From Bacteroidota bacterium (GTDB lineage Bacteria; Bacteroidota; Bacteroidia; NS11-12g; UBA955), in NCBI GenBank assembly GCA_013205405.1, contig JABMMZ010000015.1, positions 75,586 to 139,585 of the forward strand: 64,000 bases of DNA. The letters run 5' to 3'. Every line of letters begins with the position of its first letter. The stretch's first letter is position 1. The notes under the pieces were generated by a model, which had not been told where the DNA came from, did no database searches, and saw only the letters and a program-made list of their open reading frames with translations. Position numbers and translations under genes: made by a program. This document shows, piece after piece, positions 17,519 to 26,109 of this stretch.

Positions 17519-18598
17519 ATGAGCCTCGAAATTACAATAAAACAAATAGAACATTCAAGAATTTTTTCTTTTGATAGTAAAAATATTATTTTCGGAAAAG
17601 TTTTTACAGATCATATGTTCATCTGCGACTTTCAAAACGGTGAATGGCAAAATTTAAGAATTGAACCATTTGGAAAAATTTCGCTAAGTCCTACCTTGTC
17701 AGCACTGCATTATGGACAAGCTATTTTTGAAGGCATGAAAGCTTTTAAAAATGAAGAAGGCGAAGTGGCTTTTTTCAGACCATTAGAAAATCATAAACGC
17801 TTAAATAAAACGGCAGAAAGAATGTGTATGCCACAATTACCCGAAGAAATTTTTATGGAAGGCTTGCAATTATTGGTAGATTTAGATAAAGATTGGATAC
17901 CATCTTCTGCAGGAAGTTCTCTCTATATCCGTCCATTTATGTTTGCTACCGATGATTTTTTAGGTGTAAAACAAAGCGAAACCTATAGTTTTATGGTGTA
18001 TGCCTGTCCTGTAAATTCGTATTACAGTCATAATTTGAAAGTACGTATAGAAGAAACTTATACCAGAGCATCTAAGGGTGGTGTAGGTGCTGCCAAATGC
18101 GCAGGAAACTATGCTGCCGCTATGTATCCTACTATGTTGGCTCAGCAAGCAGGGTTTGATCAAGTATTATGGACAGATGGCGAAACCCATTCTTTTATAG
18201 AGGAAACAGGAACAAGCAATGTTTTTGTAATAACAAAAGACGCTGTTTATACACCTGAACTGACAGATTCTTTATTAGCAGGGATTACCAGAAAATCAAT
18301 ATTAACGTTATTGGAGGATATGGGGAAACCAATAATTCAAAAACATATTTCAATAACAGAATTAATAGATTGGCATACTAGGGGACAATTAACAGAAATG
18401 TTTGTAAGCGGCACTGCTGCCGTAATTACAAACATTGAATTATTTAGTTATAGAGGCATTAATTATGCTGTTAATGCTTCAGAGAATTTATTGAGTACTG
18501 AATTGAAAAATATGTTCAACGACATAAAAATGCTCCGTATACCAGATAAAAATAATTGGATGACCCACTTAAAAACCTCACAAACCGTCAATTCATAA
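17519..18598 (+). CDS. ilvE: Branched-chain amino acid aminotransferase
   Basis: 359 aa. Class IV aminotransferase motifs (FEGMKAF, GVGAAKCAGNYAA, EETGTSNVF). Confidence 0.92.
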   Translation: MSLEITIKQIEHSRIFSFDSKNIIFGKVFTDHMFICDFQNGEWQNLRIEPFGKISLSPTLSALHYGQAIFEGMKAFKNEEGEVAFFRPLENHKRLNKTAERMCMPQLPEEIFMEGLQLLVDLDKDWIPSSAGSSLYIRPFMFATDDFLGVKQSETYSFMVYACPVNSYYSHNLKVRIEETYTRASKGGVGAAKCAGNYAAAMYPTMLAQQAGFDQVLWTDGETHSFIEETGTSNVFVITKDAVYTPELTDSLLAGITRKSILTLLEDMGKPIIQKHISITELIDWHTRGQLTEMFVSGTAAVITNIELFSYRGINYAVNASENLLSTELKNMFNDIKMLRIPDKNNWMTHLKTSQTVNS

Positions 18599-19347
18599 TG
18601 AAAAAAGTAAATATAATTTTAATTTTAATTGCTGCATTTAACTTAAATGCACAAGTAAAAAAAACGGCATCCGTAATAGCTGCTGCTCCAAGTTTGCATT
18701 TACAAGTATACAGAAATTCATTATCTGCTGGCGATTTAGCAACTGCTATAACATCCTTAAACTATTTAGTAGCTAGCGAAATGAAAACAGGTAAATACCA
18801 AGATAGCTTAGCTATGTTGTATTTTGCTTCTGGCAATTTACAGCAAGCCAACTATTGGAGCAATAAAGTATTATCAACACAGCCTAATAATTTAGTAATG
18901 CTAGATATTAAGGCCAGTGCATTGAAACAAATGAATCAGCCATTACAAGCGATAGAAACATATGAAAAAATGCTGAGCATAGATAATTCCCCAGCTACTT
19001 GTTTTAATTTAACAGAACTACAATACAATGTAAAACGTTTATATGAGTGTGTGGCAAGCACCCAATTAGCAGAAAAAATGCAAATAAGCAAGGACTTAGG
19101 TTTTAGTTATAAAATAAATGAAAAAGAAACAGCTCAAACACCGCTAATAGCTGCCTTTTACAATTACCGTGGACTGGCATTGTATGATTTGGGCGAGAAA
19201 GAAGCATCAAAAATAGCATTTTTAGCGGCCTTGAAAGTAGATCCTAATTTTATTTTAGCCAAAGTAAACCTAGAACAATTGGAAAAAGAAACTGCTGCCG
19301 ATACAACACCTGTGCCAGCTCCCGCTGCACCTATTAAAAAATATTAA
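18598..19347 (+). CDS. Secreted tetratricopeptide-repeat protein
   Basis: I prefer the start at MKKVNIILILIAAFNLNAQ (signal peptide). Its ATG overlaps the ilvE TAA (TAATG). TPR-like helical repeats, with a Pro/Ala-rich tail. Confidence 0.7.
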   Translation: MKKVNIILILIAAFNLNAQVKKTASVIAAAPSLHLQVYRNSLSAGDLATAITSLNYLVASEMKTGKYQDSLAMLYFASGNLQQANYWSNKVLSTQPNNLVMLDIKASALKQMNQPLQAIETYEKMLSIDNSPATCFNLTELQYNVKRLYECVASTQLAEKMQISKDLGFSYKINEKETAQTPLIAAFYNYRGLALYDLGEKEASKIAFLAALKVDPNFILAKVNLEQLEKETAADTTPVPAPAAPIKKY

Positions 19348-19348
19348 A

Positions 19349-19939
19349 ATGTACGAATTTATAGAAGGATCAGTAGAATACGCCAATCCAGCCTTTGTAA
19401 TTATCAATGCCAATGGCATAGGCTATCATTTACAAATAAGCGTAAATACATTTGAGAAACTAAAAACTCTCAAACGAGCCCGCGTTTTAACACACCTTTC
19501 TATTAAAGAAGATGGGCATTCTATTTATGGTTTTTTTGATGAAATAGAGCGATTATTATTCAAGCAACTTATATCGGTGAATGGAGTAGGAACCAATACG
19601 GCTCGTATGATACTAAGTGGGCAATCGCCTACAGAGATAATAAGCGCTATTGCTACTGGCAATATTGCCATGTTAAATTCTGTAAAAGGCGTAGGTCCAA
19701 AAACAGCCCAACGTATTATCTTAGAATTGCAAAGTAAGGTTACTAAAATGGCTACTCCAGCCGAAATGGCTGGTATGCCTACCCAAACAGTGAAGGCTTT
19801 TGATGAAGCATTATTAGCATTACAAGCTTTAGGTTTTCAAAGAGCAGCAGCAGAAAAAGCCTTGCTTAAAATAACCAATAATAATAAGTTGAATTTAGGT
19901 ATTGAAGATATGATTAAACAATGCTTACAAGTTTTGTAA
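19349..19939 (+). CDS. ruvA: Holliday junction DNA helicase subunit RuvA
   Basis: 196 aa. MYEFIEG...GIGY OB-fold N-terminus and two HhH motifs (VNGVGTNTA, VKGVGPKTAQRI). Confidence 0.93.
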   Translation: MYEFIEGSVEYANPAFVIINANGIGYHLQISVNTFEKLKTLKRARVLTHLSIKEDGHSIYGFFDEIERLLFKQLISVNGVGTNTARMILSGQSPTEIISAIATGNIAMLNSVKGVGPKTAQRIILELQSKVTKMATPAEMAGMPTQTVKAFDEALLALQALGFQRAAAEKALLKITNNNKLNLGIEDMIKQCLQVL

Positions 19940-19941
19940 AT

Positions 19942-19980
19942 AAAAAAGCCCTTTTCATTTTAGAACGGGGCTTTTTTATT
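19942..19980. terminator. Bidirectional intrinsic terminator between convergent ruvA and ald
   Basis: AAAAAAGCCCTTTTC-ATTTTA-GAACGGGGCTTTTTT. The stem has GC pairs, one G-U pair and one mismatch. It is flanked by an A-tract and a T-tract, so it reads as a terminator on both strands. Confidence 0.7.
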
Positions 19981-19987
19981 TTTTTAT

Positions 19988-21100
19988 TTACAATACGTCC
20001 TCTACAGGTGTGTAGGGTAAATTAAATGCATCTGATACCCCTTTGTATACTACTTTACCATTTACAACATTTAAGCCTAATAGTAATTCAGAATTGTTGC
20101 TGCAAGCATCTTTCCATCCTTTATTAGCTAATTGCAATGCGTAAGGCAGAGTTGCGTTAGTAAGTGCTAAAGTAGAAGTATAAGGTACAGCCCCTGGCAT
20201 ATTGGCTACGCAGTAATGTATTACTTCATCAATTACATAAGTAGGTTCAGCGTGTGTAGTGGCTTTAGTGGTTTCAAAACATCCACCTTGGTCAACTGCA
20301 ACGTCTACTAATACTGCACCTGGTTTCATCAATTTTAGCATATCTCGGGTAATTAAGTGTGGCGCTTTAGCACCTGGTATCAATACACCACCAATTACTA
20401 AATCGGCTGTTTTAATAGCAGCTTTAATATTGTATCCATTGCTAAACATAGTATCTACATTGGCTGGCATAATATCATCTAATTGGCGTAAACGGGGAAT
20501 AGAAATATCCATAATAGTAACACGAGCACCCAATCCAGCAGCCATTTTAGCCGCTTGAGTACCAACAATACCACCACCTAAAACCAATACATTGGCTGGT
20601 TTAACACCTGGTACACCACCTAAAAGAATACCTCTACCACCCATTGGTTTTTCTAAATATTTAGCACCTTCTTGTATACTCATTCTACCTGCTACCTCAC
20701 TCATTGGTACAAGTAATGGTAGTGAACGATCTGATTTTTCAACCGTCTCATAAGCCAAACATACAGCACCACTGGCTATCATCGCATTGGTTAAAGGCTC
20801 ATAACTAGCAAAGTGAAAGTACGTAAACAACAATTGATCTTTTTTAATCAAGTTATACTCACTTTCAATAGGTTCTTTTACTTTAATAATCATTTCGGCA
20901 ATAGCATATATCTCCTCAATGGTTGGCAATAAGTTGGCACCTGCTTCTTTGTATTCTTCATCAGAAAATCCACTGCCTGTACCTGCTGTTGCTTGTATAT
21001 AAATAGTATGGCCATTTTTTACAAATTCACTCACACCAGCAGGTGTTACTGCTACGCGGTTTTCATTATTTTTAATCTCTTTTGGAACGCCAATAATCAT
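19988..21100 (-). CDS. ald: Alanine dehydrogenase
   Basis: 370 aa. MIIGVPKEIKNNENRVAVTP N-terminus and the NAD-binding motif VLGGGIVG. Confidence 0.93.
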   Translation of the reverse strand: MIIGVPKEIKNNENRVAVTPAGVSEFVKNGHTIYIQATAGTGSGFSDEEYKEAGANLLPTIEEIYAIAEMIIKVKEPIESEYNLIKKDQLLFTYFHFASYEPLTNAMIASGAVCLAYETVEKSDRSLPLLVPMSEVAGRMSIQEGAKYLEKPMGGRGILLGGVPGVKPANVLVLGGGIVGTQAAKMAAGLGARVTIMDISIPRLRQLDDIMPANVDTMFSNGYNIKAAIKTADLVIGGVLIPGAKAPHLITRDMLKLMKPGAVLVDVAVDQGGCFETTKATTHAEPTYVIDEVIHYCVANMPGAVPYTSTLALTNATLPYALQLANKGWKDACSNNSELLLGLNVVNGKVVYKGVSDAFNLPYTPVEDVL

Positions 21101-21132
21101 AATATATATTTTTATTTTAAATTTAAGTGGTG

Positions 21133-21140
21133 CAAAAGTA
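21133..21140 (-). promoter_or_regulatory. -7 promoter box (TACTTTTG) upstream of ald
   Basis: Exact TAnnTTTG on the minus strand, about 32 nt upstream of the ATG at 21100. Confidence 0.4.
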
Positions 21141-21177
21141 GGAATTATTTATGGGTTATAGAAGTACTCTATAAATT

Positions 21178-21546
21178 TTATTCCTTTGCGCCATTGGTTA
21201 GCCATGCAGCAAGCATTTTAAGTTCATCAGCCGATAATTGAGGTTGATTTTTAGGCGGCATATTTTTTATAACCAATACATGTTTATTAATTTCGCCATT
21301 ATCTGCATTTATTTTTACTTGTGCGTAATTATTTAATTTAAGTATGTATTGAGAGTTATGACATTGAATACAGTATTTATCTATCAGAGGTTTTATTTGT
21401 AAATTGTAAGTTAGTAAAGTATCTAAAGCTTTATTATCAGTTGTATGGTTTTCAATTGGTTTTGGAGTAGATACTATATTTGTTGCTTTTTTAGCACAGC
21501 TGTATAAAAGAATAGCTGAAATTAAGATGAAGATTGCAGATTTCAT
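21178..21546 (-). CDS. Small lipoprotein mono-haem cytochrome c-like protein (PSCyt1-like domain, canonical CIQCH)
   Basis: 122 aa. Lipobox LLYSC-AKK. The stretch KPLIDKYCIQCHNS...IKNMPPKNQPQLSADELKMLAAWLTNGAKE follows the PSCyt1 pattern. Confidence 0.7.
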   Translation of the reverse strand: MKSAIFILISAILLYSCAKKATNIVSTPKPIENHTTDNKALDTLLTYNLQIKPLIDKYCIQCHNSQYILKLNNYAQVKINADNGEINKHVLVIKNMPPKNQPQLSADELKMLAAWLTNGAKE

Positions 21547-21651
21547 TTTTCAAAAATAAGGTATTAATGCAAAATACCATACGTGAAAACTAATTACATT
21601 AAACTAAACACTATAGTAATATACTATTTACTTTGCACTAACCACTGTCCC

Positions 21652-22845
21652 CTAAACTTGTTTCAAAGCCAATTCTGCTATGGTTTTACCTATGGACAAT
21701 GAGCTAGTAGCCGCAGGACTTGGCGCATTCAACACATGAATTTGACCAAGTAATTCTGTAATGTAAAAATCGTCTATTAAGCCACCTTCTTTATCGCAAG
21801 CTTGAGCGCGCACGCCTGCTCCACCTTTTTCTAAATCTTCTTTTTGTATCTCGGGCAATAATTTTTTCAGGGCAGTAGTAAAGGCTCCTTTGCTGTAGGA
21901 GCGTTTAATTTCGCCAAATCCAGTTTTCCAATATTTAGCAGCTACTTTTCTAAAGCCTTTCCACATAAAAGTTTCAAATAAATCTCTCAAATTGATTGTA
22001 GATTTAGTATAGCCCTCTCTACTGTATGCCAATACTGCATTAGGCCCTGCTTCTATTTCGCCATCTATTCTGCGGGTAAAGTGTACCCCTAAGAAAGGAA
22101 AATTAGGATCGGGTACAGGGTAAATTAAATTTTTCACCAAATAACGTTTCTCTTTTTTTACTGCATAATATTCGCCTCTAAATGGCACTATTTTTACTTT
22201 TAAATCTGGAATTGTATAAGCTGCTATTTTATCGCTATATAAGCCAGCACAATTGATTAATAGTTGCGTTTCAATAGTATCATTACTTGTTGAAAAAGTG
22301 ATAATTTTACCCTCCGTTTTTACATTAGTTACTTTGGTGTTAAATTTTATTTTGCCACCTAGTTTAACAAAAACTTCAGCATATTTTTGAGCGACAACTT
22401 TGTAATCTACAATACCTGTTTGCGGAACAAAAATACCTTTAATACCTGCCGTATGGGGTTCTATAGCTTTTATTTCGGCTTCGTTGATATACTTTAAACC
22501 CTCCAATCCATTCTCAATCCCTCTTTTATAAATATTATCCAATGCCTCTAACTCATCATTATTTGTAGCTACTATTATTTTACCACATAGGTCATAAGGA
22601 ATATTTTGTGCCTTACAAAAGTCTATCAGCATATGGTAACCATCTATACAATTTTTTGCTTTTAAACTACCTGGTTTATAATAAATTCCACTGTGTATTA
22701 CGCCACTGTTATTGCCAGTTTGGTGGGCAGCTACATGGCTTTCTTTTTCTAAAACTACAATATTTAAAGATGGTTTTAGTTGTTTTAATTGAAGTGCGGT
22801 AGCTAAACCTACTATACCAGCACCAACTATTGTTACATCATACAT
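21652..22845 (-). CDS. lhgO: L-2-hydroxyglutarate oxidase (FAD-dependent)
   Basis: 397 aa. MYDVTIVGAGIVGLATA dinucleotide-binding motif and HQTGNNSGVIHSGIYYKPGSLKA typical of LhgO. Confidence 0.75.
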   Translation of the reverse strand: MYDVTIVGAGIVGLATALQLKQLKPSLNIVVLEKESHVAAHQTGNNSGVIHSGIYYKPGSLKAKNCIDGYHMLIDFCKAQNIPYDLCGKIIVATNNDELEALDNIYKRGIENGLEGLKYINEAEIKAIEPHTAGIKGIFVPQTGIVDYKVVAQKYAEVFVKLGGKIKFNTKVTNVKTEGKIITFSTSNDTIETQLLINCAGLYSDKIAAYTIPDLKVKIVPFRGEYYAVKKEKRYLVKNLIYPVPDPNFPFLGVHFTRRIDGEIEAGPNAVLAYSREGYTKSTINLRDLFETFMWKGFRKVAAKYWKTGFGEIKRSYSKGAFTTALKKLLPEIQKEDLEKGGAGVRAQACDKEGGLIDDFYITELLGQIHVLNAPSPAATSSLSIGKTIAELALKQV

Positions 22846-23123
22846 TATTTTTTTTCTAAAAATTCTATTCTTTCTTGTAATTCTTTAATTAATCTTGTTT
22901 TACGTTTATAATGCTTATAAAGTGGTCCAAGTGCCAGCAATGAGAAAAATAATCCAGCTATAAAACACATTAAAAATAATAGAATAAGAGGTGCATTTGG
23001 CTTCCAAAACCATAAATTAACTATTGTATTGGTATTGTTTTGCAAAGCAAATACTATAATTAAAACTAATAGTACTGTAGCACTTATAATTTTAAAAAGA
23101 CTGTAAGATGGTTTTTCGTTCAT
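22845..23123 (-). CDS. LapA-domain (DUF1049-like) small inner-membrane protein
   Basis: 92 aa with two TM helices followed by a basic coiled tail (KRKTRLIKELQERIEFLEKK). Its stop overlaps the lhgO start. Confidence 0.6.
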   Translation of the reverse strand: MNEKPSYSLFKIISATVLLVLIIVFALQNNTNTIVNLWFWKPNAPLILLFLMCFIAGLFFSLLALGPLYKHYKRKTRLIKELQERIEFLEKK

Positions 23124-23142
23124 TTATAAAAAATTTTTGTGG

Positions 23143-23150
23143 CAAAGGTA
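23143..23150 (-). promoter_or_regulatory. -7 promoter box (TACCTTTG) upstream of the lapA-like/lhgO unit
   Basis: Exact TAnnTTTG on the minus strand, about 20 nt upstream of the ATG at 23123. Confidence 0.4.
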
Positions 23151-23194
23151 ATTCAAAATATTTTAGCCCAAATACTGAACCTAAGCTTTCTATT

Positions 23195-24127
23195 TTAAAA
23201 ACTATATTTTAATTCTAAGCCTGCTACTAATTGCCTAGTTAGCCCATCAGGGCGCACCTTTCTCACAATAATAGGTGTAGCATAGCGGGCAGTTATTGAA
23301 AAATGATCAGTTGTTTTATAAGTTATACCAACATTCACATTTATAGTTAAACCTTTAGAGCCAGAAATGGCAGTTTCTTTCAGTAAATAATTTAAAGCCC
23401 TATCGTGCCCTAAATGATAAATACCAAGTACACCGCCAGTAATACTTAATTTATCTTTTATTTTAAATAGTTTATCTACTCTAAAAATAGCATCTGGTCT
23501 TCTAAATAATTGGTTGGAAGAAAAGTATTTTTTTTCTTCGGCTAAAGTTACCTTGGAAGTATCGAAAGTATTGGCATTAAATTGACGAATGGGTTGCTGA
23601 AAACCAACAGCAAATAACCATTTATTTTTATATTTGAAATCTGCCCCTAATAGTAAATCGTGCGTACCCAAGCTGGTTTGGTAGGGCATTGGCAGAGGAA
23701 TAAGAACGTTAAGTGAATTTCTAACACCAAAATCGGCAGTATTCACACTAATTCTAAAGCCAACATTAGCACCAATAACTAATTTTTTGCGCTCATAAAA
23801 TTTATAACTGCCTATGGCTATTATATCGCCAAATGCACTACCTGTGGCTAAATTACCATTGATAAAAATATACGGAATTTTTACTTGTAAACTACTGTTG
23901 TTTGTTACTCTAATTTTACCTTCTATTTGAAAAGCTGTAGAACGTACATTTTGTTCACCTAGTCCATATTGGGCATTGAAAGTAATACTGCCTTTTTCTA
24001 TTGTTGAATCGTGGCTTTGCATATTGCCAGCATTACAAATACCTGCATCGCTACAGCCTTGAGATTGTAGCGTGTTTTGAAAAAGGGTAACAAAGCAAAT
24101 TGCTAAAATGTATAATTTAAATTTCAT
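23195..24127 (-). CDS. Predicted outer-membrane beta-barrel protein, unknown function
   Basis: 310 aa. Signal peptide, alternating beta-strand pattern and C-terminal aromatic residue (...LELKYSF). Cys pair GCSDAGIC right after the signal peptide. Confidence 0.65.
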   Translation of the reverse strand: MKFKLYILAICFVTLFQNTLQSQGCSDAGICNAGNMQSHDSTIEKGSITFNAQYGLGEQNVRSTAFQIEGKIRVTNNSSLQVKIPYIFINGNLATGSAFGDIIAIGSYKFYERKKLVIGANVGFRISVNTADFGVRNSLNVLIPLPMPYQTSLGTHDLLLGADFKYKNKWLFAVGFQQPIRQFNANTFDTSKVTLAEEKKYFSSNQLFRRPDAIFRVDKLFKIKDKLSITGGVLGIYHLGHDRALNYLLKETAISGSKGLTINVNVGITYKTTDHFSITARYATPIIVRKVRPDGLTRQLVAGLELKYSF

Positions 24128-24243
24128 GTAATTTATGGAATATTTTTTTTCTCAAAAGTAGTCAATAATAAATATGAGTGGTTTACTAATGAATAAATAC
24201 TTTAAATATATTTTCATAAACAAATGAAAATCAATTATATAAC

Positions 24244-24251
24244 TATTTTTG
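24244..24251 (+). promoter_or_regulatory. -7 promoter box (TATTTTTG) of the dcw (mraZ) promoter
   Basis: Exact TAnnTTTG, 86 nt upstream of the mraZ ATG and about 20 nt upstream of the GTGGA repeats. Confidence 0.4.
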
Positions 24252-24270
24252 TTATTTATTTTTCAACAAA

Positions 24271-24297
24271 GTGGAGGAAAGTGGAGAAAAGTGGATT
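24271..24297 (+). promoter_or_regulatory. Putative MraZ operator: three direct GTGGA(G) repeats with exact 10-bp phasing
   Basis: GTGGAGGAAA GTGGAGAAAA GTGGATTTTT at 24271, 24281 and 24291, about 40 nt upstream of mraZ. Same architecture as known MraZ boxes (three short G-rich direct repeats, 10-bp period). Confidence 0.65.
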
Positions 24298-24336
24298 TTT
24301 TAAATTTATCTTTACCGAATTATTTTAAAAAGCTGA

Positions 24337-24828
24337 ATGGCACGTTTTATCGGGGAGTTTGAATGCAAAATTGACAACAAAGGAAGAATTATTCTCCCTG
24401 CTAAATTGCGTGCCCAAATTCCAGACACTGAAGCCAAGGCAATGGTGATTAATCGTGGCTTTGAAAAATGCTTGGTTTTATATACCGAAACCGATTGGTA
24501 TCATGAAACTAATAAACTGCAAGTGTTAAATGATTTTAACCGCAGTGCCCGTAAGTTTATTCGTCAGTTTAATAATGGAGCCAATATGGTTTCGATAGAT
24601 ACGAGCAGTAGAATCAATATTCCCAATGCCTTAATTGAATATGCCGGTTTAAAAGATGAGTTAATAATTTCGTGTTACAATCATAAAATAGAAATATGGC
24701 ACAAAGCGCATTATGAAGAAGAATTGAAATTTGATGACAAAGAATTTGCGCGTATTGCCGAGGAATTAATGGGTAATAGTAATCCAAACACACAAATAGG
24801 TTTTGATGCAAATGGAAAAGACAATTGA
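24337..24828 (+). CDS. mraZ: Transcriptional regulator MraZ
   Basis: 163 aa. Duplicated SpoVT/AbrB-like halves with DNKGRIILPAKLR and a second SSRINIP motif. Confidence 0.92.
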   Translation: MARFIGEFECKIDNKGRIILPAKLRAQIPDTEAKAMVINRGFEKCLVLYTETDWYHETNKLQVLNDFNRSARKFIRQFNNGANMVSIDTSSRINIPNALIEYAGLKDELIISCYNHKIEIWHKAHYEEELKFDDKEFARIAEELMGNSNPNTQIGFDANGKDN

Positions 24829-25726
24829 GGCATACCACATCCCCGCCATGTTGAGCGAATGTATTGAAGGACTCAATATTAAACCAGATGGTATTTATGT
24901 GGACGTAACATTTGGCGGTGGTGGGCACTCTAAAGCCATTTTAGAAAAATTAGGAACCAATGGCCGTTTATATGCTTTTGACCAAGACCACGATGCTGTT
25001 CAGAATTTGCCTGATGATGAACGCATGGTATTTATCAATCATAATTTTAAGTATATCAAAGAGTTTTTGCAATACTTAAAAGCAACACCCGTAGATGGTA
25101 TTTTAGGCGATTTAGGTATTTCTTCTTATCAAATAAATGAAGGAGAAAAAGGCTTTGCTCACAGATTAGAGGGCAACTTAGACATGCGAATGGATAAGCA
25201 AGCTAAGGTATCTGCAGCCAATATTATCAATGAATATTCAGAAAGGCATTTACTTAGAATATTTAACCAATATGGCGAAATAAAAAACGCTTTTAAATTG
25301 GTGAAAACTATTTTAGAACACCGAAAAACGAGACCAATACAAACTATTCAAGACTTTAAACAAGCTATTCAAAATTGTATACCAGGCAAGGAGGAGAGTA
25401 AATATTTATCGCAAGTGTTTCAGGCTCTAAGAATAGAAGTGAATGGTGAAATGCAAGCTTTAGAATTAGTATTACAGAATTGCACTAATTTATTAAAAAA
25501 GAATGGCCGCTTAGTAATACTCAGCTATCATTCATTGGAAGATAGATTAGTTAAAAATTTTATCAATTCGGGCAATACCGAAGGCGAAGTTCAAAAAAAT
25601 GAATTTGGACAAATAAACGTGCCATTTAAGGCAATAACAAAAAAACCAATGGTGCCTAGTGAGAAAGAAGTATTTGAGAATAAACGTGCGCGCAGTGCCA
25701 AACTAAGAATTGCAGAAAAAATTTGA
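24803..25726 (+). CDS. rsmH: 16S rRNA (cytosine1402-N4)-methyltransferase
   Basis: YHIPAML...DVTFGGGGHS SAM motif and C-terminal RARSAKLR. The start is ambiguous (ATGs at 24803, 24806 and 24812). It overlaps the end of mraZ. Confidence 0.92.
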   Translation: MMQMEKTIEAYHIPAMLSECIEGLNIKPDGIYVDVTFGGGGHSKAILEKLGTNGRLYAFDQDHDAVQNLPDDERMVFINHNFKYIKEFLQYLKATPVDGILGDLGISSYQINEGEKGFAHRLEGNLDMRMDKQAKVSAANIINEYSERHLLRIFNQYGEIKNAFKLVKTILEHRKTRPIQTIQDFKQAIQNCIPGKEESKYLSQVFQALRIEVNGEMQALELVLQNCTNLLKKNGRLVILSYHSLEDRLVKNFINSGNTEGEVQKNEFGQINVPFKAITKKPMVPSEKEVFENKRARSAKLRIAEKI

Positions 25727-26109
25727 ATCAATTTAGAAAAAATATAGAAACCGAAACGAACGAAACTAAAGCACCTGTAAATGCAGCAGCAGATGAAGCT
25801 ATAAAAAAAGCTACTGAATTTACATTTTTAGATAAGGAGACTTTAAATAAAGCATTGCCAGCTATAATTTTTTGTGTTGTAATTGCTATCGTTTATATTT
25901 CATTGTCGCATTTTCATGTTAAAAGTTTAAAGAAAAAAGCGGAACTAAAAACAGAACTAAATGAGCTACGATCAGAATATATTACTGTAAAAAGTAGCTT
26001 AATGAAAAAGAGTAGCCAAAGTGAAGTGGCTAAAGATTTAATGCCAGAAGGAGTTAAAGAATTAAGAACACCACCTTTTATTATTTTAAAAGAAAAAAAT
26101 AAAAAATGA
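25723..26109 (+). CDS. ftsL: FtsL-like cell-division protein (single TM helix plus coiled coil)
   Basis: 128 aa. One TM helix (LPAIIFCVVIAIVYISL) followed by a heptad-rich segment. Canonical position between rsmH and ftsI, with 4-nt overlaps on both sides. Confidence 0.7.
   Translation: MNQFRKNIETETNETKAPVNAAADEAIKKATEFTFLDKETLNKALPAIIFCVVIAIVYISLSHFHVKSLKKKAELKTELNELRSEYITVKSSLMKKSSQSEVAKDLMPEGVKELRTPPFIILKEKNKK

Noticed and set aside
18556-18597. N-terminal extensions of tracked ORFs (18556, 40574, 48915, 57708, 5960, 13789)
   Set aside because: In each case the extension overlaps the upstream gene or a hairpin. A downstream ATG gives a canonical signal peptide or a conserved N-terminus, so I moved the starts to 18598, 40631, 48882, 57645, 5939 and 13780.
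24614-24928. 104-aa minus-strand ORF across the mraZ/rsmH junction
   Set aside because: It is antisense to two conserved genes and is a Cys/His-rich artefact of the opposite frame.
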